Notes: generated from the sequence alone by a model not told the origin. A stretch of DNA of 64,000 nucleotides from Octopus vulgaris (GCA_951406725.2 OX597817.1:60698001-60762000); one strand, 5' to 3'; shown: positions 41,062 through 56,443, numbered from the stretch's first letter. Numbers and translations: made by a program.

Positions 41062-41268
41062 GGGTGTGTGTGTGTGCGCATGTGTCTTAGCATCGTCCCC
41101 ATAACTGCTTGACAACAGGTGTGGGTTCACTTTCCTCCCGATAATCTAGCGGTTCGATCAAAGATACCTTTAAAATATGTATCACACTTACAGAGAAGAA
41201 GTACTAGGGTCGATCTATTTGACTAAACCCTTCAAGTGTAGTGCCCCAGCTGGGCTACAATCCAGTCT
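40775..41268 (+). mobile_element. SINE family 2, diverged
   Basis: GGTTCCGGGTTCAG..GGCACCTTGAGCAA head, internal microsatellite, GTGCCCCAGC tail. Confidence 0.75.
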
Positions 41269-41274
41269 TGGTCT

Positions 41275-41860
41275 CGCGAAGTCTACATTTCTTGTCTGTC
41301 AACGTTTTCTGCCTTTTATACTCAAGATACTTAATGGAGGTCTCTTGTTCTTGGATTGCAGGGATGTAACCTTCAAAGTGGGATCTCATAAGCCTTTTCC
41401 GTCCTCCATGCCAAGCTGTTCACAAATTCGATCCCGTCTATGGTTCTTGTTTTACCTGCCATGTACCTATATACTATCTTTTCAAGGAATAGATTTTACC
41501 AATGCTCCTTGGAGAGAAATGTGTATTAGCTTTTATTTCATATCTCTCCTCAAGTTCATTAATCATGCTAATTTAATTATCTTAATTATGTTGTTGGTCT
41601 CATGATCACAAATTTGGTCTCTTTCCTCTGCTGCAGATGTTGTTTCCGTGTCACAATCCGCGCTTTATATATGACATCAGCACAGATTTGAGACCATGGC
41701 TACCATCCTTGCGTGCGAAGTATAAGCAGCCCGTTTACAACTCCATCGATGTTAAAGTTCCGTGTAACATTGAGCAACGAAATTTATCTCGTTCAGCTCT
41801 TGTAGTGACCAGTTCAGAAGGCCAAATGTAGATGTGAGGACAGGCACTACAAAGGTGTTG
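41275..41860 (-). mobile_element. R4/Dong-clade relic
   Basis: LYFARKDGSHGLKSV..RIVTRKQHL and SHFEGYIPAIQEQETSIKYL..DKKCRL. Confidence 0.8.
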
Positions 41861-42257
41861 TGGGCAATATGTCTGTTGTAAGCTGAGAGTTCTCATCATG
41901 TTCTCTTTATTCTCTTGAGGTATTCATTCTTGGTCCTCTCCTTATTTATGAGTCCATCATATCTGACATTCTCATCTTGCTCTACACACCCATAATTGTC
42001 ACCTCTCTGTAGAGGTCATGTTGTCAAGTCAGTCATTCTTAAGTTTTCAGAGAAAAGCCACTTTTCCAGGTTTTCAGAGGAGGGCACAACTTTTCCATGT
42101 CTTATTACTAAAAATGCACATTTGAACCAAATTTCATCCCAATATCAGTAGAAAATGGTTCATAAGTTTCTTTTTTAGGTGATTATTGCATCTTTTAAAG
42201 TTATAATTATTGATGACTCTTAAATAATGTTATAGCGAAACATATGTATGTATACAT

Positions 42258-42611
42258 ATGACCCAGTGGTTAGAGCAGAAGATTCGCGGTCATAGGATCG
42301 TGGTTTCGAATCCCAGACCGGGTGTTCGGAGTGTTTATTGAGAGAAAACATTTAAAAATACATGAAGCTCCGGCAGGTGGGTGGAGTGAACCACGACTTT
42401 CTCTCACTCTTTCTTCCTGTTCCTGGTGTACCTGTATTTCAAAAGGCCAGCCTTGTCACACTCTGTCTCTCACGTTGAATCTCCCCGAGAACTCCCTTAA
42501 GGGTATATACGTTTGTGGAGTGCTCAGCCACTTGCACTTTAATTTCACGAGCAGGCTGCTCCGTTGCTTGGATCAACTGGAACCCTCGTCGTCGTAACCG
42601 ACGGAGTGCCG
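42258..42611 (+). mobile_element. SINE family 3
   Basis: Homologous to 22575-22949. Confidence 0.88.
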
Positions 42612-43102
42612 TGGTGATATATATACACAATTTCTGTCTATCAAATTGACTCACAGGGCATTAATCAGTTTGAGACTATTAGTAGAGGACACTTGTGCAT
42701 GGTACCGCGCAGTGGTCCTGAACATAAAACCATAAGGTTACGTAGCGAGCTACATAATCACACAGCCATGCATGCGCCTCTATGTGCACTCTCTATTGTA
42801 GTTGCTGAATATCTTGGTGTCTGCAATAGAATGTGTCGGTAACGAAGCTGATGATGATGGTGATGATGTTGATAATAATGAAGATGATGATGAGAATGAT
42901 GTGTGTGTGTGTGTGTGTGGAGAGAAACAGTGGTCGGATATTTACAGTAAATAAAGACATTTACCGTTGAGTAAGACATTTTTGGAATCGTGGGAATGCG
43001 TATGACCCGGGATATCTGGCAGAGAACATTCTAACGTAATGTCATGAAGATAAACGAATAATTAAATCCATACAACACCTTTACGCACGCGCACACACAC
43101 AC

Positions 43103-43185
<83 letters not shown>

Positions 43186-43459
43186 CAAATATCTGTATGC
43201 GTACATACACACGCACACACACACACATAGACATGTATGTATATATGCGTGTGTATACATACGTTAACAGACACATATGCATACATACATACAAACATAT
43301 ATACATATATACATGTGTGTTGGTATGTTTATTTATTAACTAATAATTATTATTTACTAAGATATATATTTGCACGCGCGGAGTTGCATCCCAACTGTTA
43401 TTACGAATCTCTCTCTCTCTCTCTTCTGCTTTCTCTCTCTCTCTCTCTCTCTCTCTCCT

Positions 43460-43518
<59 letters not shown>

Positions 43519-45513
43519 GTATGTATATATGTGCATGTGTGTACTGATGTATGTATATGTAGACAAATGTCTAGGGAGCCAGACAGACTGGCTCAGAGCG
43601 TTGAGGTATTTCGGCTTTGTGCCTGACGTTCCTCAATTCAATTCCTACCGAGTTGACATTTCTCGATAACAGTTCTCCGGGTGTAAAACAAACAACAACA
43701 CAGACAAAAAAAATCATTTCCGCTCCCTTAACTACAACCCTTTTCTATTGTTTTATACGAGAGAAGTCAATGTAATTCTATACATATATCGAAAAAAAAA
43801 ATGACCGTCTCCTGCAATAAACGAAACAAACATTCGCAACGCTTCATTGTTTTGGGGAGATGTTTTGTTAGAGAGTTCTTCGTTCGTAACAACGCCCAGG
43901 GAACCTTGAAATCCGCTCAGCGACACAACAATTATTCTTTGTACTCGGCATTCCGTCTCGAAGACTTTGGCTCTAATGAGACCCACAAATACCACGAGCA
44001 TCTCGTTATGTAGGACTAAGACACCTAAAGCTTGCTGGGGCCTAACAATGCTTCAACATTCTTTGATTCTGTTCACCCCTCTCCGTTACTTTCACTTCCA
44101 GCAATTGTTTGTTTTGTTTTATTGTTTCTATTGGTTGGCGTTATTTCTCGATTTGTCTGATTAGGTAGAGATGCATACGCTCGTTTATCATGTGCACATT
44201 TCAGATGCGATTCTTCCGAGACACGCAGACATACACGAAGACCATCTACGGAGTTTCCGTCTATCAAATTTATTTCCAAGGTGTTTGTCGAAGTTATAAT
44301 ACAAGATATTGGCGCAAGGTACAGCGCGAGGGATTGAACCGAGAACTGCATGTTTGCCAAGCAAACTTCTTAACCACTCAGCAATGCTTGTACAAAATAA
44401 CAAATATGCATACACATAGGCACACACATTTCATTATAAATCTGTAAAACGTAAAGTAAACTATACTTTTGGTGTGCATCCGGTAGACTTTATTGAAATC
44501 CGTTTTCTGGTCTCTTTTCAGCGTTTCAAATTTAAAAAATAAAAACACTCTATTTGTTTTCTCGGAGACAGAATCATATTTTTTCTGAAAGGTTTACGTA
44601 TATGCAGTAAACTTCTTTTATTTACATATATCACTCTTCCTTATTGTTAGTCTGTGTGCGTGTATGTGTGTGTATATATATATATATATATAAAGGAAAA
44701 AATCTATTCTTTCCTTTTTATTTTTCACACACGGGGGATGCCTAACCCTAGAATTGGTAGTATACCATAATACTGCCTGCCGGGTACCTGGTAATTCTAA
44801 GGGTGAACGAGCTCTGTCTTGTACTCTAATACGTTCTTAATGGAATACACCTCAACTGTATATATATATATATATATATCACGTATATATATATATGTAT
44901 ATATATGTTTCATTGTCTGCAAAACTTTGATTTTTGGGATTTTGTTATTGATTTATTGGAGCTTGTTCCGATCAATGGAGGTCCCTAAGTTTATATTCGA
45001 TATGTACACAGACACACACACCTACAAATATATACAGATACAGTCCTTCACCCGCCACACACACACACACACATGCATACCCGCATATATATAGCCATCG
45101 CTTTCGTAGACTTGGAAATCCCACCAATTTGGCCCTCATCCTTTCACTCTTCCCATGCTGCAAACTTTCTCTACTTCCTTACAACACTTCCTCCCTCATC
45201 GTTCAGCTTCCACACTACCTGCACCATCTCTATCTCCTCTCTCCCCCTTTTTTCCTTTCTTTCTTTCATTCGTTCTTTCGTTCTTTTTATCAACCTCCCT
45301 CCTTCTCTCTATACTTCGTGGCCCCCCTCTTCTTCTTCTTCTTCTTCTTCTTCTTCTTCTTCTTCTTCTTCTTCTTCTTCTTCTTCTTCTTCTTCTCTTT
45401 TCTTTGTCTCTCTTTCGGAACCTACAAAAAATATCCGAATTTGAATTTCCCTACACATGTCAAGTCAGCAAGTTGAAATTTATATTTTTTCAATGAAGAT
45501 TTATAGTGTGTAT

Positions 45514-45620
<107 letters not shown>

Positions 45621-45714
45621 TACATCATACATAAATATATATATATATTTATACATACATACATATATGCACATACATATACACACACACGCACACACAC
45701 ACATATATATATTA

Positions 45715-45764
<50 letters not shown>

Positions 45765-45816
45765 TATATATATATATATATGGATACACACCATAAATCT
45801 TCATTCAAAAAATATA

Positions 45817-45850
<34 letters not shown>

Positions 45851-45860
45851 ATGTATATGC

Positions 45861-45893
<33 letters not shown>

Positions 45894-45920
45894 TGTATGT
45901 ATGTATAAATATATATATAT

Positions 45921-46083
45921 TTTTCTCTCCTTGTTTCTCTCCTTGTTTCTTTCTGTGTCCCTTTCTGTAGAAGAGCGTAGGCTCGAAACGTAAAAGACTT
46001 TTTCTATTCCTGAGCGTTATACTAATACATCTGTTTGTTTTGTACACCACCCGTCTTCGTCTTTTGTTTTTTACGTAAACTCT

Positions 46084-46087
<4 letters not shown>
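45921..46087 (+). mobile_element. HHR-like short element family A
   Basis: CTTT-CTGTAGA-A-GAGC-GTAG-GCTC-GAAA-CG-TA-AAAG (45961-45996); TA repeats on both sides. Confidence 0.82.
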
Positions 46088-46114
<27 letters not shown>

Positions 46115-46117
<3 letters not shown>

Positions 46118-46311
46118 CAGTTATCTCACCATGCTGGTCCGCTGAACTATACATAGCTTTTCTCTCTCCATTTTCTCCTCTTATTCCTTTCTGTCGAAGA
46201 GCGTAGGTTCGAAATGTAAAAGGCTTTTCCTTTTTTTCCCGAGCCTTAAACTAATACACCTGCTTGTTGTTCATACACCTGTCTTCGTCTTTTGTTTTTC
46301 TATAAATTAAA
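46115..46311 (+). mobile_element. HHR-like short element family A (adjacent second copy)
   Basis: CCTTT-CTGTCGA-A-GAGC-GTAG-GTTC-GAAA-TG-TA-AAAGG (46186-46223). Confidence 0.8.
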
Positions 46312-46314
46312 ATA

Positions 46315-46348
<34 letters not shown>

Positions 46349-46989
46349 TGTGTGTACATGTATACACAATGGCATGCATACACATATGTATGTATATAAA
46401 TATATATAGATATATATGTAATAAACACACGCACACACACACATATATAAAATGCATACGAACATATATATATATGTCTGTGTATGCGTGTAACTTGTGT
46501 GTATCTATATTTATGCTCAAGCTTGTATACTTAGTTGTTAATTTGTTTATATATTTATGCATATATTTTTCAAAGTTCTTCAATTACAGTAAGGTCAGAC
46601 AGATGTTTATAGCGGACTGTTTGTTTCATCAACATACACGCGCGCATACACACACACGCACTCACCCCCACACAAACACGTAGACGACAACACTCACACA
46701 TTCACGTACACACCGGCATACACACACACACACACACACACACACAAGTATACACAAACAAACCCACATCCGTGGAACTGCGTGTGTGTCTCTGTGTTGA
46801 AAGCTCTGTCAGTTTTTGCATGCGTTTATATAACACCTAAGCGTGCACGTAACTACACGCATGCACTTACACACGTATATACACAAACATGCATATGTGC
46901 ACACAAATACGTATAATTAGACACACACACACACACACATACAAACGCATAAATGCGTGTGTGTTTTTTTTATGCATTAATCATTTACC

Positions 46990-47660
46990 AATTACTGGTT
47001 TCAGTCAGAGGCTGGGCTCATGCTGGGGCACTGTCTTTCTGATTGATTGGGTTTCTTTTCCTGTATCGTTTCCGATGAAGTAGCCAGTTGGACGGAGTCT
47101 CTCTCCTTCGTGCCTGCTCTCACAATATGGGTTCTTCTGTTATCTCAGACATAAATTAGCCCACGCATCCTTTCAAGACCCCCATATCTACACCTCACAA
47201 ATCTCTGAGGTTGTTTGGCCGAAAGTTGAATAGTTGTGGACCTTCAAAACCAAAACTACTACAGTACAAGGTCTGTTATTTTAGATGAAGGAGGCGGGAT
47301 TTGGTACTATGCAGTGCCGTCCAGTTCGGTTGTTGGTATCCCTTCAATTCCAAAGTTGGGAACTAGACCTTCCAGCATCTTCCGTGTGTATATCACTGCA
47401 TATCTTCCACGCCTTCTCTCTAGCGGGTAGAGCTTCAATTCCTTTAGCTTCTCCCATTAGCTCACATGTCAGTCATCTTAGCTTAGCGGCGCTGGACTAC
47501 CTCAACTTCCGCCATCACCCTCGTGCGCTGCGGTGACCACCGTGACGAGCAGTAATCTAGACGACTGTGAAGGAAAATTCTCCATTGCAGTAGAATGGCG
47601 ACCTTTTTCTTGGTTCTGAATGATCTCAGAATCCATCCAGCTACTCACCTGCACAATGTT
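46990..47660 (-). mobile_element. CR1-group LINE 3' relic
   Basis: EKLKELKLYPLERRRGRYAVIYTRKMLEGLVPNFG, FGFEGPQLFN; 3' tail GTGCCCCAGCATG. Confidence 0.85.
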
Positions 47661-47857
47661 GCCGATTTCTAATATGCATATGGAATCATTACTTATGAGA
47701 ATTCCAATACTTATTCATGTCGATCTATATATAAGAATATATATTGTATGACATATATAATATATATTATGTGTAATATACAATATATTACAAACTAATA
47801 CATGTATATGCGTATGTCTATAATATAAAATATATATATTATACCATAGCATATATT

Positions 47858-47900
<43 letters not shown>

Positions 47901-47967
47901 GCATAATAAGGATATAATATATTACAAAATACTATATATATTTGTGTATATATGTATACATCTATAG

Positions 47968-48043
<76 letters not shown>

Positions 48044-48397
48044 CGCGTGCGCGTGCGTGTGTGTATGTGTGTGTGTGCTGCAAACTAAATACTGCAAGCG
48101 TATATAAATACACAGAAGTATACATTCACACTTACTGATACATTCTGTCTCAGAAAATTTACTCAGATATCTACACATCACACACGCACACACATCCACA
48201 CGTTCAATAGTACAAGCAAGAGCTCACTGACACTGACATATATATAGACAAAATTTAGGATATATTTATTATGATAACAACCCTGCATGATGGAGTTCAC
48301 TTTATTAAAAATCGCAGCATGCTTAGATATTTGCTATCCTACTTTGAAAAACACCCGCAAACCAACGCAGATACATAAATAAACATACCTGCACGCA

Positions 48398-48451
<54 letters not shown>

Positions 48452-48689
48452 CGCATATACATCCATGCTCAAGCTCTTACATCCATATATACATATACAT
48501 TGATATAAGTATACATACACACACACACAAATACACATATATATATATATATATATACATATTTATGCATATATGCAAATATATGTATGCATACATATAT
48601 GCATGTGCGTACATGTACGTAGATATGTATAGTGAGCGTGTGTGAATATTGAATATAGATGTGTGAAAAATTATGAGATTTTTGCAAAC

Positions 48690-49001
<312 letters not shown>

Positions 49002-51235
49002 AAGATAGATAGTTAGATATATATACACGTTTGCAATCAACACAGATGTACACACACACACATATATATCTTATGTGTGTATATGCATGTATGTGTGTAT
49101 GTATATACATATGTATATATATGTATATATATATATATATATGTGTGTGTGAGTGTGTGTTTCTGCATGTAAATTCCATGGATAATTGTTGCTATCGACG
49201 ATGAGTATTCTAGTGAGACATGTGTCCTTCATGTAATCATCAAGGAGTATGAATACCACATGTTCTGTGGCAAGGCATTTAGTTTTCATGAAAGGTACCT
49301 TGCACTCAATGTGCCTTTGAACTGTCCTTGTCTATCAAATATTAAGTCCGAATTGTCGGGTTGACACAGACATTGAGTCAAGATGTCCCGCAGGAGGATT
49401 CAACCAAGGATGCTGACCTGAGAAGGAGAGATTGGGTGTAGTGGTTAGCGTTGGACTTGATGGAGGGAAACAGTAGGAGTGAATCATGTGTGCCTAAGAA
49501 GAGATGGAACAAGACAAATCCGCTCCGACAGTTGACTCTAGAGGTACAGCCATTTATCAAGTTTGCCTTGGTAATGTTTACTATGCTTTGTTGATCTCCC
49601 TGTCTCTATCTCTCTGTTCCTCTCTGTCTGACTCGGCCTATCGCCCTTACGCCAGTGGAACATCCAGATATGTGACCGAGGGAGAGAAAGAGGGATGCAC
49701 CAGCATTTTGGTTTGACATCATTACAGCTGAGTGAACTGGAGCAACACGAAAAGAACGTGCCACCTTATTATCGTTTGTCGAACATCTTAGAGGATATAG
49801 TGGGTCTGTGGGTAGAGAGAGAACCCTTTGCATCTGACACACTACTCCCTAAAAGCATCACTCGTTCTTTCTATCTAAATCTTTCATATGTGTCTCGAAA
49901 AGCCACACCCCGGTATACCGTCTCAGTTGGCGAGTTGAAGCAGACGGGGGTTCGGTGTTGACACTTCATTGTTCGGTAGGCGGGGGAGCTGCGGTAATGA
50001 CCAGCAGGGTGAAGTAGAAGGGTCTCAAGAAGGCCAACTGCTAGGTGTCCGTCACTGAAGGCAACCTACACTATATTTCGTAGACGTTGGTCCGGCAATC
50101 AATAGAGATGGTTCCACTTAAAATCTCCATTTCTGAATGCAAATGGTTGTTTTTCAGTTTAGCACCCTGTCCCTGGAAAACTTCAAATAGCTCAAAGTTG
50201 TGAAAGCAATGAGGGTGTCTGGTGTGCGATCCTGCAGGAGTACTTTAAAGTGCTCCATGCGTCGCCCGAAGTGGGAACACCTATGTCTAAGTAAGCAAGA
50301 ACACCTTGTGGTTTTTTCCTTTGATATAATCTTGGTCCTGTGTGTGTGTGCAGGCATGCAAGTGTGTATATGACAATTGCTCCGTCGCAGATGCGCTGCA
50401 GTATTCGCTGGGACAGCTGACTGGCTGACACTGGAGAGATGACTATGGTCTGGCACTGGAAACAATGGTGAGGTTTCAGGTTAGTGTGGAAGGTGAATGA
50501 ATAAAGAGTGTTGTCGTCAACGCAAAGACTGGCAACCATAGAGGTATCAGCAAATAAGGCGTTGATATGCTGAAGGGAGAATGTGAGAACATAAACCGAA
50601 ATATAAGGCATACCAGACTTGATAGATTGTAAGTTCGAGAGAGAGAGAGAGAGAGAGAGAGGGAGAAAGAAACAGAGTGAGAGAGAGAGAGAGAGAGAGC
50701 GTGAAAGAGAGTCCACCAACAGACACTATGTTAGATTTGTATATCGTGAAGAAAAGGAGGATAAGTAATATTCACCGTTTCAAAATGGCGTTTATATATT
50801 TCAACGCTCCACTCAGATATTAAACGTTCATTTATATCTTTAATAACTGATCTATAGAATTTACTCATTAGTATTCAAAGATGTAGACTAATGCAAAATA
50901 TTTGCTAAGCCAATTTAATCCTCCAATTAAGTTACGGTTTATTACTCGTTTAATGGTTTCACTATCTTTATATTTCTTAATACTTCTAATGCTTGGGTTT
51001 ACTTTCATGAAAGAACATTATTTATTAGTTCTCTGATAAACGGCAATTCTTCTTAATAAGGAGATGCAATTTCGGAGACCAATACCAAGAATTTGTCGCT
51101 GGTTGCTTAATATTTTCACTTCACTAAAAATTGATGCAAATAGTCAGAAAATACTTGCAGTGGTCAGTATCGACAAGTGTCCACTGCAAGACCAAATATT
51201 AGCAAATCTGACGCACATTAAAAAAAATATATACA

Positions 51236-52110
51236 TACAATGGGGTACCCAAAAGTAAACGGAAACATTCTCTGTGGAACCGGAAAGTTCCCCAGGCTTC
51301 CGCCGTTAGAAGCCACTTGATGCGACCCTCAGGCATCAGTCTACCGTCCGGCGTCAACGATTGCAGTCGTACTACCACATGGTGCGTCTTTGATTTGCAG
51401 TGCTTCTCCGGTGTTCGTCCGGTGACGATGGCTGAAACGAAGGAACAGCATGCTTCCATGAAATTCTGTTTTCTGCCGAGAAAAGCGACGACCGAAGCAG
51501 TTGCCATGCTTCAGACAGCTTACGAGGACGCTGCCGTGAACAAAATACAAGTTTACGATTGGTTTCCACGCTTAAGGAATGGTCACTTGTTGCTCGAAGA
51601 ACAATCTCGTTCAGGACGACCGTCGACCTCCTAAAGGAATGAAAACATCATGAAAATCCATGAACTGATCTTGGAGGACCGTCACTGAACAATTGATGAA
51701 ATTGTTGATATGACTGGTGTATCCTGGAGCTCCCCAACGAATTTTGAACAAAGAATTGCGAATGAAAAGAGTTGCAGCAAAATTTGTGCCTCGCTTGGTC
51801 ACGGAAGATCAAAAGCAGTCACGTGTGAATGCGTGTCGTTAACCGAAAGAACTGTAGAAGTTGATCCAGATCTGTTTTCGAGTGTCATCACTAGTGACAG
51901 AAGCTGGTGCTACGGAATTTGCAGACGGGGAAGAGGTGAAGAAAAAAACGACGGAGGTGTTAAAAGGTATCACTTCGCAGGAGTTCCAGCTCTGCTTCGA
52001 ATGGGGAAAAACGCGACCGGACCGATGCATTACTTCAAATGGAGAAGACTCTGAAATCGAGAAAAGTGTAAACATGTAAAACTAAGTGAATAAAATAGTA
52101 CAGTAACCGA
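51236..52110 (+). mobile_element. Mariner transposon relic, internally deleted
   Basis: EQHASMKFCF..MLQTAY..VYDWFPRLRNG..RSGRPSTS (HTH), RVAAKFVPRL, VITSDRSWCYG; left end TACAATGGGGTACCCAAAAGTAAACGG. Confidence 0.92.
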
Positions 52111-52162
52111 GTTGATTTCTTGTGAGTGAATTTGGCATACGCAAACTGAGTGGAAGTCCGTC

Positions 52163-52221
<59 letters not shown>

Positions 52222-52260
52222 ATTGTGGACAGTGAGAGAGAGAGATTCCAGGCAGTGACT

Positions 52261-52261
<1 letters not shown>

Positions 52262-52343
<82 letters not shown>

Positions 52344-52416
52344 TATAATGTATGTATGTATGTATGTATGTATGTATGTATGTATGTATGTATGTATGTA
52401 TATATGTATGTATGTA
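52262..52416. repeat. (AAT)n(GTAT)n microsatellite
   Basis: Read directly from the sequence. Confidence 0.97.
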
Positions 52417-52682
52417 TCTATAAAGACGACTATTTATTGATTTCTAACCTCGGCACAAATCTCCAGAGATTTAGGGGAGAGTTGTACAGTCATATTTTTT
52501 ATAGAAACACGGTCTTATTTTCTCAAAGCTGCACATTTTTCAACAGGTTTGTTTTCTCAAACAACATCTTGTGAGCATGTAAACTAAGGTCTGTTGCCTT
52601 TTGTAATTAGCGAAACTTGAATATAGTTTTTTTTATGAAAAAAAAACAGGCCATATGTTGAAGTGACAGTATATACCGCGCT

Positions 52683-52732
<50 letters not shown>

Positions 52733-53753
52733 GCTTTGGCAGAGTGAATGCAGAGGTGCAATTATTGTGGAGAGGCCGTCAGCATAGGAATTGTAGGTGT
52801 CCTGAAACTATTAGAAATAGTTTTTATAAATATTACAAATAAGAATGTTGCGCTGAAGTGTGGCGGACGAACAGCAACGTCAATCCGTATCATGATTTGT
52901 TTCAAGAACTCAAATGGGAATATTCTCTTTTACTGATGATGCTAAAATACTGGAGGAAATGTCAACCCGAAATAATATTTCTTCCTGTCTTAGGCTAAAG
53001 ACTACAGATTAAGGCTCATGCTTCTGGGATCATACTTAAGTAGTATCATAAAGCTCGTGTTCGGTTCCGATTTCCGCCTCGGATCAGATGCTTGTCTACT
53101 GCGGACAGAGAGAGAAAGAAAGAGAGAGTGGGGGGTAGAGAGGAAAAAGGGGAAGAACAGGGTGGGGGAAAGAGAAAAGTAGAGAGACAGAGGTAGAAAG
53201 CTAGAAAGGGAGGGAGAGATCTCCATCACCATACGCTACGAGAGAAGAACTATTAAATTCATGTGTGAAGGTGCGTTGCTCAGTGGTTAGAGTAGTCTAG
53301 TGGTGATCCTTAAAGTGGCGGGTAGTGAAATGAGTATTGTTCAGTGTGTCTGCTTGAAGAACTGTATCTATTGAAACACTTGAGAACGTCCAACGAATGC
53401 ATAAATTTGAGGAACGAGATTTTTGCTGTGTGTCCGAATTTCAAGAAATACATCTTGTCTGAATTTAAAAGTAGACCACTGGACACTTCGTAAGCCATTA
53501 ACATCTGGTCAACGTCTGCATGACATCGAATTATTGTAACGTTGGTTATCTCCCTTCTGTTTATCTTTTTGTCTTCTCCTTTACCCGTGTCTCTTGTTTC
53601 AGCATTATCGGCTCAAAGGACAACTGACAAACGGTCTTGCTTTCAGCTTGATAAATGGCCGAATAAATAAATTATTTCGACCAGGGAATTTTAAGATTAT
53701 CTTTACTCTCTTATTGAGTATTTTTCTACATGTTGAAGTATTATCATACAATA

Positions 53754-53804
<51 letters not shown>

Positions 53805-53968
53805 TATAATAATTAATTTATTCTATTATGAGTACCTTATACTGGTTATCAACCGGGACCTACACACACATATATATATATATATATATAGACATACATA
53901 GTTTACTGCTTCGTTTATGTAAGATCAACAAAAGCTGTAGACCATCCAGTGAGAGATAAATATCATTT

Positions 53969-54449
53969 AATGCACACAGTATGAAGATACGAGCGGCTAA
54001 TAGTTTCTTATTGAGTAGACATGTAGCTTGATAGGTTTTTATAACACTCCTTGTGTTTCCGAGTAATCTTCGGGCTCTGAGCACATGGTATATTCCATTT
54101 GAAAGTCAAAAACCACGATAAACCACGAGAAACCACAAGGAAAAACGAGAAGATTCATGCAAAAAGACGAAGGGTAAATAAAAACGGAAGAAAGAAAAGA
54201 AAGAAAATAGATCAAATTATCTAATTTTCTTTTTTTTCTTTTTCCGTTTTTATTCACCCTTACACTTTTTGCATCAACCTTTTCACTTTCTTCTCATGTA
54301 CCAGCGTTCTCATTTTCAAATAAAACAGACCATAAGCTCATGGCCTGAGGATTGCTTAGGTTCTCAAGGCGTGTTATAAAAAACTGCCTAGCTACGTATC
54401 TTCATAGCAAGAAACTATTAGTGGCTCTGATCTTTATACAGTGGGCATT
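53969..54449. repeat. Old ~480-bp imperfect palindrome (MITE/fold-back)
   Basis: Outer arms (CTAATAGTTTCTT/AAGAAACTATTAG; GTTTTTATAACAC/GTGTTATAAAAAC) and inner arms (AATAAAAACGGAA/TTCCGTTTTTATT) are symmetric about ~54215. Confidence 0.85.
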
Positions 54450-54934
54450 ATATTTGTGTATATGTGTGTGTGTGTGTGTGTATGTGTGTGTGTCTTTCCA
54501 TTTAGAGGTAAACCTGGAAAACGAGGACTTTATTGTTAGGGTTAATAAAACCAATAAGCTCAGCTTCTAGAATAGACATACTTTTCCAAAGCCTGGGTTC
54601 AGTGTAAAAGCAGATTTAAATATAAACAGGAAGAAACGGGGCCTTGGTAGTGAAAACGGGAACCGCTGGACCCGCAGGGCATTTAAACGTACAAAAGCTG
54701 TATTTTTAAACTGGGAATGCGACGCTATACTACCATATATTGACGAATTATATTGCGGTAAAGCCAGAGCTAGCTGGATATCTTGGGTTCTTGGTTTACT
54801 TTTTATTGAGTGTGTGTGTGGGGGGGGGGGGGAGAAAATCTAAAATCATGTGGAAAGATGTCTCACTCACTTTCAGCTCTAACTTCGATTATCACTAGGG
54901 TCTCCGGTTTTAAGTCACGACATATAAGCAGCAG

Positions 54935-55060
54935 GAGGAGAAGAAGAAGAAGAAGAAGAAAAAGAAGAAGAAGAAGAAGAAGAAGAAAAAGAAGAAGAAG
55001 AAGAAGAAGAAGAAGAAAAATAATAATAATAAGAAGAAGAAGAAGAAGGAGAAGAAGAAG
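54935..55060. repeat. (GAA)n microsatellite
   Basis: Read directly from the sequence. Confidence 0.97.
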
Positions 55061-55227
55061 ACGATACGCCAGTTCCATTGGATTAACAAATAAACGTTGG
55101 AAAGAACCATGAGTGCAGGGAATCAACAAATCTTACGGAGATTACATTTGGGATTAACAAACTAATCCCTTCCTAATTAAATACATACAAAAATTCATAT
55201 ATATAAATATATATATATGTACGTATG

Positions 55228-55292
<65 letters not shown>

Positions 55293-55422
55293 TACATACA
55301 GACACACGCATACATATATTTCAACACATATGCAATTTCTGTATGTGTGTGTACGTATATATATATATATATGCGCACACATACTACACATACTACACAT
55401 ACACACACACATACACATATGT

Positions 55423-55480
<58 letters not shown>

Positions 55481-56327
55481 TTTTTAATATTTCTTTCATT
55501 AATCACAGGTAATTTTGGAATGTTGAATTTTAAAAGGCTGAGTGCTTGAAGTGAAGCTCAAGAGAAATCCGTTCTGATCGATCGCTCACAGCTGAGGTGT
55601 ATCTCTGTAATGTCAAGAGGCGGGCTAAGAAAGAAAAACAAAAAACAGCAAAGACTTAAGAAAAAATATGATTTAGATGAAAATAAAATAATGATGGATG
55701 TGTAGAAGATACGTAAGACATTAATATTGAGAGGGAAACTCATAGGCTGTCTATTCCCAATTGAAGGCATTAATTTGCTCCTGGCAGATAAATAGAAGAT
55801 GCGGATGCAACAATTATCATGTTTTCTACGTAAACATCTCGGTCAATAAAATCATTCCTTTTTTGTTGCTCTCGTTTTTATAGTTGTTTTTGTTTTAATA
55901 ATTATGTTTTTTTTTAATATTTATTTCTTGATCCAGATAAGTAATGAATCTTGGGTGTTTTCCATAAATTATTAACTCTTCTTTCATCAAGGGAATAAGT
56001 TTTGAGAACGAAAGAAAAAATGATTCACTTAGGATGTTGGGACTTGCCAGTGCTCACTTTTGAATTGGCGAAAGTTATTAATTTGTAAATACAACATAGA
56101 AGGGAAAAAAATAATAAATGTTCCGCAATGTCTAAGGCAATGTTGGAAAGATTCTTCTGTTAACATCAAACTTTATTAAATGCCATATTTTCTATCCTTA
56201 ATTTTGGCTTTTTCTTCCTCCCAAAATAGATGACTATTTTGTCTTTTTTCACAAGTTTCTCGTCAAGTAATAAAGAATAATTGACGCCAAGAAGAAAAAT
56301 AATGATGGTCAGAATACGGAAGAAATT

Positions 56328-56343
56328 GCTGCTACTGCTACTG

Positions 56344-56425
<82 letters not shown>

Positions 56426-56443
56426 CACCACCACCACCACCAC

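Noticed and set aside
41637-41831. Plus-strand ORF after a good polypyrimidine-CAG acceptor
   Set aside because: The minus strand encodes R4/Dong motifs, so the region is explained by a LINE relic.
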